Below are positions 53,545 through 64,000 of a stretch of 64,000 nt of DNA, in pieces. The notes under the pieces are model-generated. The model did not search any database and was not told the DNA's origin. It saw only the letters and a program-made list of their open reading frames with translations. This stretch comes from Candidatus Multivoradales bacterium (GTDB lineage Bacteria > Acidobacteriota > Thermoanaerobaculia > Multivoradales > JAHEKO01). The DNA is taken from the NCBI GenBank assembly GCA_965223155.1, contig CBDCVR010000015.1, positions 576,001-640,000 on the forward strand. Direction: 5' to 3'. Made by a program: the position numbers and the translations under genes. Positions within the stretch are counted from its first letter, which is position 1. Every line of letters starts with the position of its first letter.

Positions 53545-55821
53545 ATGGCCAAGAACCTCATCATCGTCGAGAGTCCGACCAAGACCCGGACGCTCAAGAA
53601 GTTCCTGGGAAAGGACTACGCGGTCGAGGCTTCGGTCGGCCACATCCGGGACCTGGAGAAGAAGAATCTCGGGATCGGCGAGAACTTCGAGCCCAACTAC
53701 CGGGTGCTGGACGCCAAGAAGGACGTCGTCAAGAAACTCAAGGCGGCGGCCAAGAAAGCCGATCTGATCTACCTCGCCCCCGATCCCGACCGCGAGGGCG
53801 AGGCCATCGCCTGGCACATCGCCGAGATCCTGGGACGCGAGACCGAGGCCATCCGCCGGGTCACCTTCAACGAGATCACCAAGCAGGCGGTGACCCGCGC
53901 GCTCGAGAGCCCGGGCGAGATCGACTACCGCAAGGTCGAGGCCCAGCAGGCACGCCGCATTCTGGACCGCCTGATGGGCTTCAAGCTCTCGCCTCTGCTC
54001 TGGGACAAGGTCAAGCGCGGCCTCTCGGCCGGGCGGGTGCAGTCGGTGGCGCTCAAGATGGTGTGCGAGCGGCAAGCCGAGATCGACGCCTTCCAGCCGG
54101 TCGAGTACTGGATCCTGACGGCCGAGCTCGAAGGCTCGGAGCCGCCCGCCTTCAGCGCCCGCCTGGCCAAGATCGACGGCAAGAAGGCCGAGGTCGGCGA
54201 CGGCGCCACCGCGACCGCGATCGTCGAAGCGCTCCAGGCCGGCGACTTCCGGATCCAGGAGGTCGTCCGCCGCGAGTCCAAACAGCGTCCGACGCCGCCC
54301 TTCATCACCAGCCGCCTCCAGCAGGAGGCCTCCCGCCGTTTCGGGTTCTCGGCCAAGCGCACCATGGGCGTCGCCCAGGGCCTGTACGAGGGCAAGGAGA
54401 TCGGGAGTCGCGGCGCCGTCGGCCTGATCACCTACATGCGCACCGACTCGACTCGGGTGGCGGGCGAGGCCCTGGCTGCGGTGCGAGACGTCATCGCCAC
54501 CACCTACGGCACCGACAAGCTGCCCGATAAGCCCAACACCTACCGTTCCAAGAAGGGCGCCCAAGACGCTCACGAAGCGATCCGGCCGACCACCTTCGAC
54601 TTGCCTCCGGCGGCCGTGGCCGGCTACTTGAAGCCCGAGGAGTTGAAGCTCTACGAGCTCATCTGGAACCGTTTCGTGGCCTCGCAGATGAAGCCGGCGG
54701 TCTTCGACGTCACGCGCGTCGACATCGCCAACGGGCCGTACCTTCTGCGCGCCAACGGCAAGGTCTTGAAGGATCCGGGATTCCTGAGCGTCTACCAGGA
54801 GGCCCGCGGCGAGACCGCCGAGAACCCGGAGGCCGAAGACGGCTTGCTGCCGAAGCTCACCGAGGGCGAGGCCCTGACTCTCAAGAAGCTCGATCCGGAA
54901 CAGAAGTTCACCAAGCCGCCGGCCCGCTACAGCGAAGCGACGCTCATCAAAGCGCTCGAGGAAAACGGCATCGGCCGGCCCTCGACCTACGCCTCGATCC
55001 TGGCGACGCTGGCCAACCGCGAGTACGTGGACCGCGTCGAGCGCCGCTTCCGGCCCACCGCCCTGGGCAAGGTAGTCAATCAGCTGCTTCAGGCCGGCTT
55101 CGCCGACATCATCAACGAGGGATATACCGCCCAGCTCGAACAGCAGCTCGACCGCATCGAAGACGGCAAGCTGGACTGGCGCGCGGCGCTCTCCGAGTTC
55201 GACGGCAAGTTCTCGAAGGATCTCGAAACGGCCGACAGCCAGATGCCCAACATCAAGAAGGAAGGCCTGCCAACGGACGAGACCTGCCCGGAGTGCAGCT
55301 CGCCACTGGTCATGCGATTCGGCCGCTACGGCGGCTTCCTGGGCTGCACCGGCTACCCCGATTGCAGCTACACCCGCGACCTCGAGACCCCCGAGGGCGA
55401 GGCTTCGGGCGAGAGCGAATCCGGCGAGACCGAGATCGAACCCTGCGAGAAGTGCGGCAAGCCGATGGCGCTCAAGCGCAGCCGTTACGGCACCTTCTAC
55501 GGCTGTACCGGCTACCCTGACTGCAAGAACATCCGCAAGACCGGTCCGGCCGCGGAACCGCCCAAGGGCACCGGCGTCGCCTGTCCCAAGTGCAGCGAAG
55601 GCGAGATCCAGGAGAAGCGCTCGCGGCGGGGCAAGATTTTCTACTCCTGCGGCCGCTATCCCAAGTGCGACTACGCTCTCTGGAAGAAGCCCGTGGCCAA
55701 GCCCTGCCCGGATTGCTCAGCTCCGCTGGTGGTCGAGAAGATCACCAAGCGCAAAGGCACCGAGCACGTGTGCGCCGACAAGGAGTGTGGCTGGTCCGAG
55801 GTGATCGAGCCGCCGGCCTGA
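53545..55821 (+). CDS. topA: DNA topoisomerase I
   Basis: IVESPTK, DPDREGEAI, SAGRVQS, ITYMRTDS, C-terminal zinc ribbons. Confidence 0.97.
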   Translation: MAKNLIIVESPTKTRTLKKFLGKDYAVEASVGHIRDLEKKNLGIGENFEPNYRVLDAKKDVVKKLKAAAKKADLIYLAPDPDREGEAIAWHIAEILGRETEAIRRVTFNEITKQAVTRALESPGEIDYRKVEAQQARRILDRLMGFKLSPLLWDKVKRGLSAGRVQSVALKMVCERQAEIDAFQPVEYWILTAELEGSEPPAFSARLAKIDGKKAEVGDGATATAIVEALQAGDFRIQEVVRRESKQRPTPPFITSRLQQEASRRFGFSAKRTMGVAQGLYEGKEIGSRGAVGLITYMRTDSTRVAGEALAAVRDVIATTYGTDKLPDKPNTYRSKKGAQDAHEAIRPTTFDLPPAAVAGYLKPEELKLYELIWNRFVASQMKPAVFDVTRVDIANGPYLLRANGKVLKDPGFLSVYQEARGETAENPEAEDGLLPKLTEGEALTLKKLDPEQKFTKPPARYSEATLIKALEENGIGRPSTYASILATLANREYVDRVERRFRPTALGKVVNQLLQAGFADIINEGYTAQLEQQLDRIEDGKLDWRAALSEFDGKFSKDLETADSQMPNIKKEGLPTDETCPECSSPLVMRFGRYGGFLGCTGYPDCSYTRDLETPEGEASGESESGETEIEPCEKCGKPMALKRSRYGTFYGCTGYPDCKNIRKTGPAAEPPKGTGVACPKCSEGEIQEKRSRRGKIFYSCGRYPKCDYALWKKPVAKPCPDCSAPLVVEKITKRKGTEHVCADKECGWSEVIEPPA

Positions 55822-55962
55822 GCGGATCTCGCGAGTCCCATCCGGAGTCCGCGGTACCAAGCCGCACCGGCGCCGACGGCTCGCGGGCCGCTCCTTGTCT
55901 CTCCTGGTGCGGCCGCCGGTCTTGGCCCCGGCTGCGGTTTCTTCCCTTCCTATAATGACCGC

Positions 55963-57393
55963 ATGACGCCGAAGGCTCTGGATCCGGTCACTGTCGTGGG
56001 CGGCGGGCTCGCGGGCTCCGAGTGCGCCTTCCAGCTCGCCGAGCGGGGCCTGCCGGTGCGGCTCGTCGAGATGCGGCCGGAGCGCTCGACGCCGGCTCAT
56101 AAGACCGGCGATCTGGCGGAGCTCGTATGCAGCAACTCCCTGCGCAGCGACGACCCGCACCATGCCGCCGGGCTCTTGAAGCGGGAGATGGAAGGCCTGG
56201 GCTCGCTCATCGTCGCCGCCGCCCGCGAAGCGGCGGTACCGGCCGGTGCGGCGCTCGCCGTGGACCGCGTGCGCTTCGCCCAAACCGTGACCGCGCGGCT
56301 CCGGGACCACCCCCGCATCGAGATTGTCACTGGGGAGGTCGAGGCGATTCCGGCCGGCGACGCCGTTCTCGCCACCGGCCCGCTGACCTCGCCAACCCTG
56401 TCCGAGGCCCTGGCGGCGCTTCTAGGCGGAGACCACCTCTACTTCTACGATTCGATCGCACCCATCGTCGAGGCCGACAGTCTCGACTCCTCCAAGCTCT
56501 TTGCCGGCTCCCGTTGGGGCAAGGGCGATGGCGCCGATTATCTCAACGCGCCGATGAGCCGGGACGAGTACCGGACCTTCCATCGGGCGGTGCTCGACGC
56601 CGAAGTCGTACCCCTCCACGACTTCGAAAGCGAGCTCTTCTTCGAAGGCTGCCTGCCGATCGAGGAGCTGGCCCGCCGCGGCGTCGATACCCTGCGCTTC
56701 GGCCCGATGAAGCCGGTCGGGCTGACCGCGCCCGACGGCTCGCGGCCCTACGCCGTGGTCCAGCTCCGTCAGGAGGATCTGGCGCGATCCCAGTACAACC
56801 TGGTGGGATTCCAGTCGCGCATGACCTGGGGCGAGCAAAAGCGCGTGTTGCGCACCATTCCGGGCCTCGCCAGCGCCCGCTTCACCCGCTTGGGGCAGGT
56901 GCACCGAAATACCTTCGTCAACGCACCGCTGCATTTGAACCGCTTCTACCGGCTTCGGGGCCGGCCACGCGTGCGCCTTGCCGGCCAGATTACCGGCGTC
57001 GAGGGGTACCTCGAGTCGGCTGCGTCCGGACTCATGGTGGCCGTCTACCTGGCGCTCGAGCGTTCCGGGACCGGACCGGCGCCGGTACCGGCGACCACCG
57101 CTCTCGGCGCCCTGGCCCGCCACCTGATCGAGTCCCGTCCGGAGCGATTTCAGCCGGCCAACATCAACTTTGGCCTCTTTCCAGAGCTCGCCGAGACCAC
57201 CGGCAAGGTCAAGCGCCAGGAGCGCCGGCGGCTTCTCGCCGAGCGTGCCCGGCGTGATCTCGAAGCCTGGGCGGAGGCTCACGGCGTGCCCTGCGCCTGG
57301 CCGGCGGCCACCATACGCTCGCCGACTCCCGCCCGGGCCGAGTCCGCGGCGGCAAACGCTCCAACCCCGGCCGCGACCCCAGCTCGTGCGTAA
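55963..57393 (+). CDS. trmFO: FAD/folate-dependent tRNA (uracil-54) methyltransferase
   Basis: VVGGGLAGSE, ELVCSNS, FEGCLPIE, GPMKPVGL, AGQITGVEGY. Confidence 0.95.
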   Translation: MTPKALDPVTVVGGGLAGSECAFQLAERGLPVRLVEMRPERSTPAHKTGDLAELVCSNSLRSDDPHHAAGLLKREMEGLGSLIVAAAREAAVPAGAALAVDRVRFAQTVTARLRDHPRIEIVTGEVEAIPAGDAVLATGPLTSPTLSEALAALLGGDHLYFYDSIAPIVEADSLDSSKLFAGSRWGKGDGADYLNAPMSRDEYRTFHRAVLDAEVVPLHDFESELFFEGCLPIEELARRGVDTLRFGPMKPVGLTAPDGSRPYAVVQLRQEDLARSQYNLVGFQSRMTWGEQKRVLRTIPGLASARFTRLGQVHRNTFVNAPLHLNRFYRLRGRPRVRLAGQITGVEGYLESAASGLMVAVYLALERSGTGPAPVPATTALGALARHLIESRPERFQPANINFGLFPELAETTGKVKRQERRRLLAERARRDLEAWAEAHGVPCAWPAATIRSPTPARAESAAANAPTPAATPARA

Positions 57394-58372
57394 GCTGATC
57401 GAGCGCTACCTCGAGCACCTGGGCGCGGAGCGCAATCTCTCGCCGCATACGCTTCGTGCCTATCGGAGCGATCTCGAAGGCTTTCTGGACTTCCTGTCCG
57501 GAGACTTCCTCGCCAAGAAGGCCGAGACGGTGCGGCCGCGCGAGGTCGACCCGCTCGCCGTTCGCTCGTTTCTGGCGTCGCTCGCCAGCCGGGGCACGAG
57601 CCGCCAGAGCCAGGCGCGGGCGCTCGCCGCGGTGCGCGGCGCCTTCCGCTTCGCCTGTCGCGAAGGGGCTCTCGAAAGCAATCCGGCGGCTTCGGTGCGC
57701 ACTCCCAAGCAGCCCAAGAAGTTGCCCCGTCATCTACGCCCCGGGGAGATCGAAACGCTCCTCGAAGCGGTCGACGGCACCAAGCCCCTGGACCTGCGCG
57801 ACCGCGCCATCCTGGAGCTGCTCTACGCCTCGGGCCTGCGCGTTGGCGAGCTGGTGTCCCTCGACTGGGACAACCTGGACCTCGGCGGGCGGGTGCTGAG
57901 GGTCCTCGGCAAGGGCGGCAAGGAACGCATGGTCCCGTTCGGCAAAGAGGCGGCATCGGCGCTCGCGAGCTGGCGTACGGCCGCGCCCGAGCTCGGCGGC
58001 GGCGAGGCGGCGTCCGGAAACGAGGCGGAAAGCGGCGACCCGGTGTTTCTCAACTACCGCGGCGGGCGGCTCTCAGCCCGCTCGGTGCGGCGCATTCTGG
58101 ACCGGCGGGTGACCGAAGCCGCCCTCGCCGCCGGCGTGCATCCTCATACCCTGCGCCACACCTTCGCCACCCATCTCCTGGAAGGCGGCGCCGATCTGCG
58201 CTCGATCCAGGAGCTTCTGGGCCACAGCTCGCTGTCCACGACCCAGCGCTATACCCATCTCGAGCTCGAGCGCCTGCTCGAGGTCCATCGCGCGAGCCAT
58301 CCGCGCGCGCGCCGAGGGCGGTCCGACGGCGCCGAACCGGCCGCGGCGGGCGACGGAGACTCGGGCCGGTGA
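57386..58372 (+). CDS. xerC: tyrosine recombinase XerC
   Basis: SPHTLRAY, ELLYASGLRVGE, GKGGKER, HTLRHTFATH, LGH..TTQRY; conserved position between trmFO and hslV. Confidence 0.9.
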   Translation: MRKLIERYLEHLGAERNLSPHTLRAYRSDLEGFLDFLSGDFLAKKAETVRPREVDPLAVRSFLASLASRGTSRQSQARALAAVRGAFRFACREGALESNPAASVRTPKQPKKLPRHLRPGEIETLLEAVDGTKPLDLRDRAILELLYASGLRVGELVSLDWDNLDLGGRVLRVLGKGGKERMVPFGKEAASALASWRTAAPELGGGEAASGNEAESGDPVFLNYRGGRLSARSVRRILDRRVTEAALAAGVHPHTLRHTFATHLLEGGADLRSIQELLGHSSLSTTQRYTHLELERLLEVHRASHPRARRGRSDGAEPAAAGDGDSGR

Positions 58373-58923
58373 GCCCTGACGGCGGCCAGGCGGCCCGGAT
58401 CTTCACCTGCGCCGCCACCGGCACGGTGGCCGCCGGCCGGCGCCGGCTGGGCACGCTCTTCGGCGGCCTGATCGGCGCTCTCCTGATAGCAGCGATCTTT
58501 GCCCTCGGAACCCGCCAGCCCCTGGCCGGCGGCCTGGCCTTCGTTCTGGCCTTCGGCGTCTTCATCGTCTTCGGCATGAGCCGCGAGTTGAACGTTACCG
58601 AGATCCGCCTGGAGCCGGGCCGGCTGTCGGTCCTCATGCGCCGCGCGATCCGCCGGCTCGCCCTCGACAACACGAGGGCGCGCCGGCTCAACGAGGACGA
58701 GATCGAGCATCTCGAGAGCTTGACCGCACTCGGCAGCTTCGTCGCCGGCTCGGGCGGTTTCGACTCCCACCGGCTCGGTGAGTTCGACCTCTACGCGACC
58801 CGTTTCGACCATGCGGTCCTCGTCGAGAGCGACGATGGCCGGCTCATCGTGACCCCGGACGAGCCCGACCGGTTCGTGGCCGCGATTCACGAGGCGGCGA
58901 ATAGTACAATCCCCCCCTCGTGA
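58369..58923 (+). CDS. membrane protein with bacterial PH-like domain
   Basis: Two TM helices, then GSGGF..LGEFDLYAT..AVLV...LIVTPDEPDRFV; GTGA overlaps at both ends. Confidence 0.65.
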   Translation: MSPDGGQAARIFTCAATGTVAAGRRRLGTLFGGLIGALLIAAIFALGTRQPLAGGLAFVLAFGVFIVFGMSRELNVTEIRLEPGRLSVLMRRAIRRLALDNTRARRLNEDEIEHLESLTALGSFVAGSGGFDSHRLGEFDLYATRFDHAVLVESDDGRLIVTPDEPDRFVAAIHEAANSTIPPS

Positions 58924-59453
58924 GCGACCTCGCGGCTACGACCGTCCTGCTCGTCCGGCGCGACGGCGACGTCTGTCTCGTATCGGATGGTCAGGTGACC
59001 CTCCAGAACACCGTGCTCAAGGCCACGGCCAGCAAGGTCAAGCGGGCGGGCAAGGGCAAGGTGCTGGTGGGCTTCGCCGGTGGCGCCGCCGACGGGCTGG
59101 CGCTGTTTACCCGTTTCGAGGGCAAGCTGGACGAGTTCCAGGGCAACCTGGAGCGGGCGGTGGTCGAGCTGGCCAAGGATTGGAGAACCGATCGGGCCCT
59201 GCGCCAGCTCCAGGCACAGATGATCGTCGCCGGCAAGGAGGTCAGCTTCCTGGTGTCGGGCAACGGCGACCTCATGCAGCCGGACGAGGGGCTTCTGGCG
59301 ATCGGCTCCGGCGCCAATTTCGCCCTGGCGGCGGCGCGGGCGCTTCTCAAGCACACCGATCTACCCGCCCGGAGCGTCGCCGAAGAGGCGATGACGGTGG
59401 CCGCCGACATCTGCATCTACACCAACCACAACCTGACGATCGAGGAGCTCTAG
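58920..59453 (+). CDS. hslV: ATP-dependent protease subunit HslV
   Basis: TT.L..DGQVT, GFAGGAAD, AIGSG, ICIYTN. Confidence 0.95.
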   Translation: MSDLAATTVLLVRRDGDVCLVSDGQVTLQNTVLKATASKVKRAGKGKVLVGFAGGAADGLALFTRFEGKLDEFQGNLERAVVELAKDWRTDRALRQLQAQMIVAGKEVSFLVSGNGDLMQPDEGLLAIGSGANFALAAARALLKHTDLPARSVAEEAMTVAADICIYTNHNLTIEEL

Positions 59454-59456
59454 GCG

Positions 59457-60845
59457 GTGACGCCTGAACCTTCCGAGCGCGCCGAAGAGGCGGCGCCCGA
59501 AGAAGAAGCCGGCCGGCTGGAAGACTCGCCGCCGCGCGAGATCGTGGCGCAACTCGACAAGTTCGTGGTCGGGCAGCACGCGGCCAAGCGGTCGGTGGCG
59601 ATCGCGCTGCGCAATCGCTGGCGCCGCCAGCAGCTCCCGGACGAGGTGGCCGAAGAGATTCTGCCCAAGAACATCCTGATGATCGGCCCCACGGGCGTGG
59701 GCAAGACCGAGATCGCCCGCCGTCTCGCGCGGCTCGCGAACGCGCCGTTTCTCAAGATCGAAGCGAGCAAGTTCACCGAGGTGGGCTACGTCGGCCGGGA
59801 CGTCGAGTCCATGATCCGGGACCTGGCCGAGGTGGCGGTGGCCATGGTGCGCGAGGAGCGGCGCGAGTCAGTGCGCGAAAGCGCCCGCAAGCGCGCCGAG
59901 GATCGCTTGCTGGAGCTCTTGATCCCGGCACGCGCGCCTTCGCCGGAGGCCGAGCCGGTGACCGATTTCTCCTCCACGGTCGAGAAATTCCGCAACAAGC
60001 TCCGAGCCGGATCGCTCGACGAGCGCACCGTCGAGGTGGATGTCGAAGACAGCTCGTTTCCTAGCTTCGAGATGTTCACGCCGCAGGGCGTCGAGGAAGT
60101 CGGCATCAACTTGAAGGAGATGATGCCGGGCTTTTTCGGCAAGCGCCGCAAGCAGCGCATGAGCGTTCGCGAGGCGCGCGAGATCCTGGAAGTCCAGGAG
60201 GCCGAGAAGCTCATCGACAAACAGCAGGTCAGCCGCGAGGCCCGGCGCCGGGTCGAACAGGGCGGCATCCTGTTCCTGGACGAGATCGACAAGATCGCCG
60301 GCGGTGAGTCCAAGCAAGGCCCGGACGTATCGCGTGAAGGCGTCCAGCGCGATCTCTTGCCGGTGGTGGAGGGCTCGACCGTCGCCACCAAGTACGGTCC
60401 GGTCAAGACCGACCACATCCTGTTCATCGCCGCCGGCGCCTTCCACGTCGCCAAGCCCTCGGATCTGATTCCCGAGCTCCAAGGCCGATTTCCCATTCGG
60501 GTGGAGCTCGAGGCCCTCACCGAGGACGACTTCGTGCGCATTCTGACCGAGCCCGAGAACGCGCTGACCAAGCAGTACCAGGCGCTGCTCTCGACCGAAT
60601 CGGTGACCCTCGACTTCCGGGACGACGCCGTGCGCGAGCTGGCGCGCCTTGCCGTCGAGGTCAACGACTCCACCGAGAACATCGGCGCCCGCCGTCTGGC
60701 AACCCTGCTCGAGCGCCTGCTCGACGAAGTCTCCTTCGAAGCTCCCGACATGGGGGGCGTCACCGTAACCATCGACGAGGGCTACGTGCGCCGCGCGCTC
60801 GCCGGCCTCGTCGAGGACCAGGACCTGAGCCGTTATGTTCTCTGA
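59457..60845 (+). CDS. hslU: ATP-dependent protease ATPase subunit HslU
   Basis: [55 protein letters not shown]. Confidence 0.97.
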   Translation: MTPEPSERAEEAAPEEEAGRLEDSPPREIVAQLDKFVVGQHAAKRSVAIALRNRWRRQQLPDEVAEEILPKNILMIGPTGVGKTEIARRLARLANAPFLKIEASKFTEVGYVGRDVESMIRDLAEVAVAMVREERRESVRESARKRAEDRLLELLIPARAPSPEAEPVTDFSSTVEKFRNKLRAGSLDERTVEVDVEDSSFPSFEMFTPQGVEEVGINLKEMMPGFFGKRRKQRMSVREAREILEVQEAEKLIDKQQVSREARRRVEQGGILFLDEIDKIAGGESKQGPDVSREGVQRDLLPVVEGSTVATKYGPVKTDHILFIAAGAFHVAKPSDLIPELQGRFPIRVELEALTEDDFVRILTEPENALTKQYQALLSTESVTLDFRDDAVRELARLAVEVNDSTENIGARRLATLLERLLDEVSFEAPDMGGVTVTIDEGYVRRALAGLVEDQDLSRYVL

Positions 60846-62196
60846 CCGTACCCGCGTCGCCCTTTCGATCCTCGCCCTGGCCCTGCCGGCCTCAGGCTGT
60901 GGCCACAAGGCTCCACCGGTGCCGCCGCCGCTCAAGAATCCGGCGAACACCACTGATTTGACGGTGCTCCAGCGCGGGGAAACCGCGGCTCTCGCGTTTA
61001 CCTATCCCCAGACCACGGTTAGCGGCCTACCGATGGCCGAGCTCGAAAAGGTCGAGATCTGGAAGCTGCGTAAGCCGGCGCCGCCGCCTCTCGCCTCGGC
61101 GCTGGACGAAGGGGAACCGGAAGACGGCGCACCAGAGACCGAGGCCACGACGGGCTCGGCCGCCGCCGAAGACGCCGGGGCCGACTCCGAAACCGCCGCC
61201 ACCGCGGACGAGCCGGATGAATCCGAGGCCGACTCATCGGCGGCCGGAGACGAGACCGATGCGAGGGCTTCCCGCACTTCCGCCAGGGACGCGGACGATG
61301 AGGATGAGGACAAGGACGACGCGCCACCGCAGCGGACCCTGGAGCAGGTGGCGGCCGTAGACGCCCTCGAGTTTTCCTCCACGGCGGCCCTGGTCGAGAC
61401 CCTGGACGGCGAGGAGCTCGACAACGCGATCCAGGGCTCAAAGCTCTACTTCCTGGTCGAGCTCGAAGAACCCAGCCACGAGAAGTGGGCGTACACCTTT
61501 GCGGTCAAGACCTTCGGCCCTGGCGGCATCGCCTCGCGCTTCTCCAACCTGGTGACTCTGGTACAGCGCCGGCCGCCGCCGGCGCCCGAGGATTTCGCGG
61601 TCGAGGCCGAGGCCGGCGGGATCCGCATCTCCTGGCGCGCGCCGGAGGCCCCGGACACGGTTGAGGAAGACGCGGAAGACGAGGAGGACGACGACAAGCC
61701 CTCCGATCGTGGGTTCCGCGTCTACCGCCGCTCCGCCGCCAGCCGGAGCTACGCCGAGCCGTTGGCGCGGCTGACCGAGGACGCCGAAGAGCACTTCGAT
61801 CGCTCGGCGGTCTTTGGCGAGCGCTACGTCTACGCGGTCACCGCCGTGGCCCAGAAGAACCCTACGGTCGAAAGCTTCTTTGCCGGCGAGCGCGAGGTCG
61901 AATACTCGGACCGCTTCGCGCCCGCGACCCCCAAGAACCTCATCGCGCTGGCCCAGGAGGGGCGGGTGCGGCTGCTCTGGGACGCGGGGCCCGAGCGCGA
62001 TCTGGCTGGTTACGTGATCTTCCGCCGCCAGGGCGATGCCGAATTCTTGCGCCTCAACGAGCAGCCCGTGCTGGCTTCGGAGTACAACGACCGAACGGTC
62101 GCCGCGAGCACGACCTTCGAGTACCGGGTCGCTGCCGTGGACGAGGTCGGCAACATGAGCGAGCCGTCGGCTCCAGTCGTCGCCCGCGTGCCGTAG
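60835..62196 (+). CDS. lipoprotein with fibronectin type III domains
   Basis: Lipobox-like ASG-C followed by GHKAPPVPP; FN3 patterns (P.P..L.A....V.L.W, Y.VYR, Y.Y.V.AV); two acidic insertions. Confidence 0.8.
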   Translation: MFSDRTRVALSILALALPASGCGHKAPPVPPPLKNPANTTDLTVLQRGETAALAFTYPQTTVSGLPMAELEKVEIWKLRKPAPPPLASALDEGEPEDGAPETEATTGSAAAEDAGADSETAATADEPDESEADSSAAGDETDARASRTSARDADDEDEDKDDAPPQRTLEQVAAVDALEFSSTAALVETLDGEELDNAIQGSKLYFLVELEEPSHEKWAYTFAVKTFGPGGIASRFSNLVTLVQRRPPPAPEDFAVEAEAGGIRISWRAPEAPDTVEEDAEDEEDDDKPSDRGFRVYRRSAASRSYAEPLARLTEDAEEHFDRSAVFGERYVYAVTAVAQKNPTVESFFAGEREVEYSDRFAPATPKNLIALAQEGRVRLLWDAGPERDLAGYVIFRRQGDAEFLRLNEQPVLASEYNDRTVAASTTFEYRVAAVDEVGNMSEPSAPVVARVP

Positions 62197-62203
62197 TCGT
62201 GCC

Positions 62204-63070
62204 GTGACCCGCTTCTTCAAGGTCTCGGGTGGTGGCAACGACTTCCTCGCCCTGATCGAGCCCGAGGCCGACCTTTCGCCCGAGAGCATCCGGGCGCTGT
62301 GCACACGCGGCCTCTCGGTGGGCGCGGACGGGGTCTTCTCGATCGCCCGGGAGGGTGACGCGGTGCGCATGCGCTACGCCAACGCCGACGGCAGGCCCGC
62401 CGACCTTTGCCTCAACGGCGCCCGCTGCGCGGCCCAGCTTGCCTTCCACCTCGGCTGGGCCGAGGATCGCCTGCGGCTCGAGACCGGCGCCGGCCCGATC
62501 GAAGCTTCCCGCCACGGCGAAAGCGCCACTCGCCTGAGCTTCGCGCACACCTCGGGGCCACCCAAGGAGTTGTCCCTGGAGGCGGGCGGGCGCGCCGTCT
62601 CGGGACACCACGTCACGGTCGGGGTGCCCCACTTGGTAACCGAGCACACGGGGCCGATCGGAGACGCTCCGGTGGCTGTCCTGGGGCCGATCCTGCGCGC
62701 GCACGCGGCCCTGGCTCCGGCCGGCGCCAACGTCAACTTCGTCGTGTTCCGCGATCGGCGGAGCTTCCAGATCCGAACCTTCGAGCGCGGCGTCGAAGCC
62801 GAGACTCTGGCCTGCGGCACCGGGGTCCTGGCCGCGACCGCGGCCGGCCTGGCGCTCGACAGGATCGATCTTCCGGTCCGTGCCGAGACCCTGGGCGGTT
62901 TTGCCTTCGAGGTGGACTTCCGGGACGAGCCCGGTTCCGACATGGGCGCGGACAGAGCCGCTGGCACCTGGGTTCTGACCGGTGACGCGCGCTTGGTGGC
63001 GAGCGGCTCTCTCGAGCCGGGCGCGCTCGAGCTGCCGGAGCCTTCCGGCTGGCTCGCCGGCACCGGCTAG
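62204..63070 (+). CDS. dapF: diaminopimelate epimerase
   Basis: GGGNDF, VGADG, NADG..DLCLNGARC, VGVPH, ANVNF, ERGVEAETLACGTG. Confidence 0.9.
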   Translation: MTRFFKVSGGGNDFLALIEPEADLSPESIRALCTRGLSVGADGVFSIAREGDAVRMRYANADGRPADLCLNGARCAAQLAFHLGWAEDRLRLETGAGPIEASRHGESATRLSFAHTSGPPKELSLEAGGRAVSGHHVTVGVPHLVTEHTGPIGDAPVAVLGPILRAHAALAPAGANVNFVVFRDRRSFQIRTFERGVEAETLACGTGVLAATAAGLALDRIDLPVRAETLGGFAFEVDFRDEPGSDMGADRAAGTWVLTGDARLVASGSLEPGALELPEPSGWLAGTG

Positions 63071-63156
63071 GGCCGTACCGGCGGCCAGCGCAGGCGCGGA
63101 CAGGGCCGCAAGCGTCCCCGATCGGCCACGGGGGCACATGCTAAGCTCCGCGCCCG

Positions 63157-64000
63157 ATGGGCAAGGCTTTTCTCCCGGTCGCCGAGCAACTGGCGCTCCT
63201 CCGGCGCGGCTCCGTCGACCTGGTGGACGAAGAGCAGCTCACCCACAAGCTGGAGCGCTCGGCCGCAAGCGGCGAGCCGCTGACCGTCAAGGTCGGCTTC
63301 GACCCCTCGGCGCCCGATCTCCACCTGGGTCATTCGGTCCTGCTGCGCAAGATGAAGCACTTCCAGGACCTGGGGCACCGCGTAGTCTTTGTAATCGGCG
63401 ACTTCACCGCCCTCATCGGCGACCCCACCGGCAAGAAGACCACCCGGCCCCAGCTCTCGGCCGAGGAGATCGCCGCCAATCAGAAGACCTACGAAGAGCA
63501 GGTCTTCAAGATCCTGGACCGCGACAAGATCGTCGTCGACCACAACAGTCGCTGGCTCCTCGAGCTGGGTTCGGTGGGCATGGTCCGGCTGGCCGGCCGC
63601 TACACCTTGGCGCGCATGATGGAGCGCGACGACTTCCGCACGCGCTTTCGCGACGGCCAACCGATCTCGATTCACGAGCTGCTCTACCCGCTGGCCCAGG
63701 GCTACGACTCGGTCGCCCTGAAAGCCGACGTCGAGCTGGGAGGCACCGATCAACTCTTCAACCTCCTGGTGGGCCGTGACCTGATGCGCGAGGAAGGGCT
63801 GGAGCCCCAGGTGGTGCTGACCACACCGCTTCTGGTCGGCCTCGACGGCGTCGACAAGATGTCGAAAAGCCTCGGCAACGCCATCGGCCTGGCCGAGAGC
63901 GCGGCCGAGATTTTTGGCAAGACCATGTCGATTCCGGACGACCTGATGTGGGACTGGTGGCTGCTCCTGACCGACGAGGCCGAAGAGGCGATCGCCGATC
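63157..64000 (+). CDS. tyrS: tyrosine--tRNA ligase (3' end outside window)
   Basis: Translated from ATG 63157: [42 protein letters not shown]. Confidence 0.95.
   Translation, partial: MGKAFLPVAEQLALLRRGSVDLVDEEQLTHKLERSAASGEPLTVKVGFDPSAPDLHLGHSVLLRKMKHFQDLGHRVVFVIGDFTALIGDPTGKKTTRPQLSAEEIAANQKTYEEQVFKILDRDKIVVDHNSRWLLELGSVGMVRLAGRYTLARMMERDDFRTRFRDGQPISIHELLYPLAQGYDSVALKADVELGGTDQLFNLLVGRDLMREEGLEPQVVLTTPLLVGLDGVDKMSKSLGNAIGLAESAAEIFGKTMSIPDDLMWDWWLLLTDEAEEAIAD

Noticed and set aside
57386-58372. Phage or island integrase
   Set aside because: Sequence and trmFO-xerC-hslVU context fit housekeeping XerC; no att sites or mobile genes nearby.

Overview
High-GC chromosomal window, mostly housekeeping, from a diderm bacterium. 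16S signatures (GGCTCAGAATG at the 5' end; CCGTCACATCACGAAAG near the 3' end) point to Acidobacteriota, perhaps a Thermoanaerobaculia-like lineage (inference, not a database result). Content left to right: CsgG-family protein, DUF3891, ogt, PEGA protein, GHMP kinase with an M23 peptidase, an ECF sigma / ZAS anti-sigma / SxxC thioredoxin module, an 11-subunit complex I operon (nuoABCDHIJKLMN, no nuoEFG) preceded by an NDUFAF7/MidA-type methyltransferase, ADP-heptose/LPS genes, pilB, a PduO-type adenosyltransferase, a complete rrn operon (16S, tRNA-Ile, tRNA-Ala, 23S, 5S), the purSQLFM..N cluster interrupted by a CLCA-like metalloprotease-vWA protein and a sulfotransferase, two MBL hydrolases, a TPR / CsgG-like / peptidase-propeller-Omp85 operon, and dprA-topA-trmFO-xerC-(PH protein)-hslVU-lipoprotein-dapF-tyrS(partial). 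Most notable: (1) a 279-bp MITE inserted in the signal-peptide codons of the Omp85 gene, whose terminal repeat supplies a new in-frame ATG overlapping (ATGA) the stop of the reading frame from the old start; (2) the mosaic CLCA-like protein; (3) an LptM-like lipoprotein N-terminus fused to FN3 domains upstream of dapF; (4) many apparently leaderless genes; (5) a REP-like repeat cluster. No CRISPR array, prophage or transposase was seen. All family calls come from motif recognition by eye.
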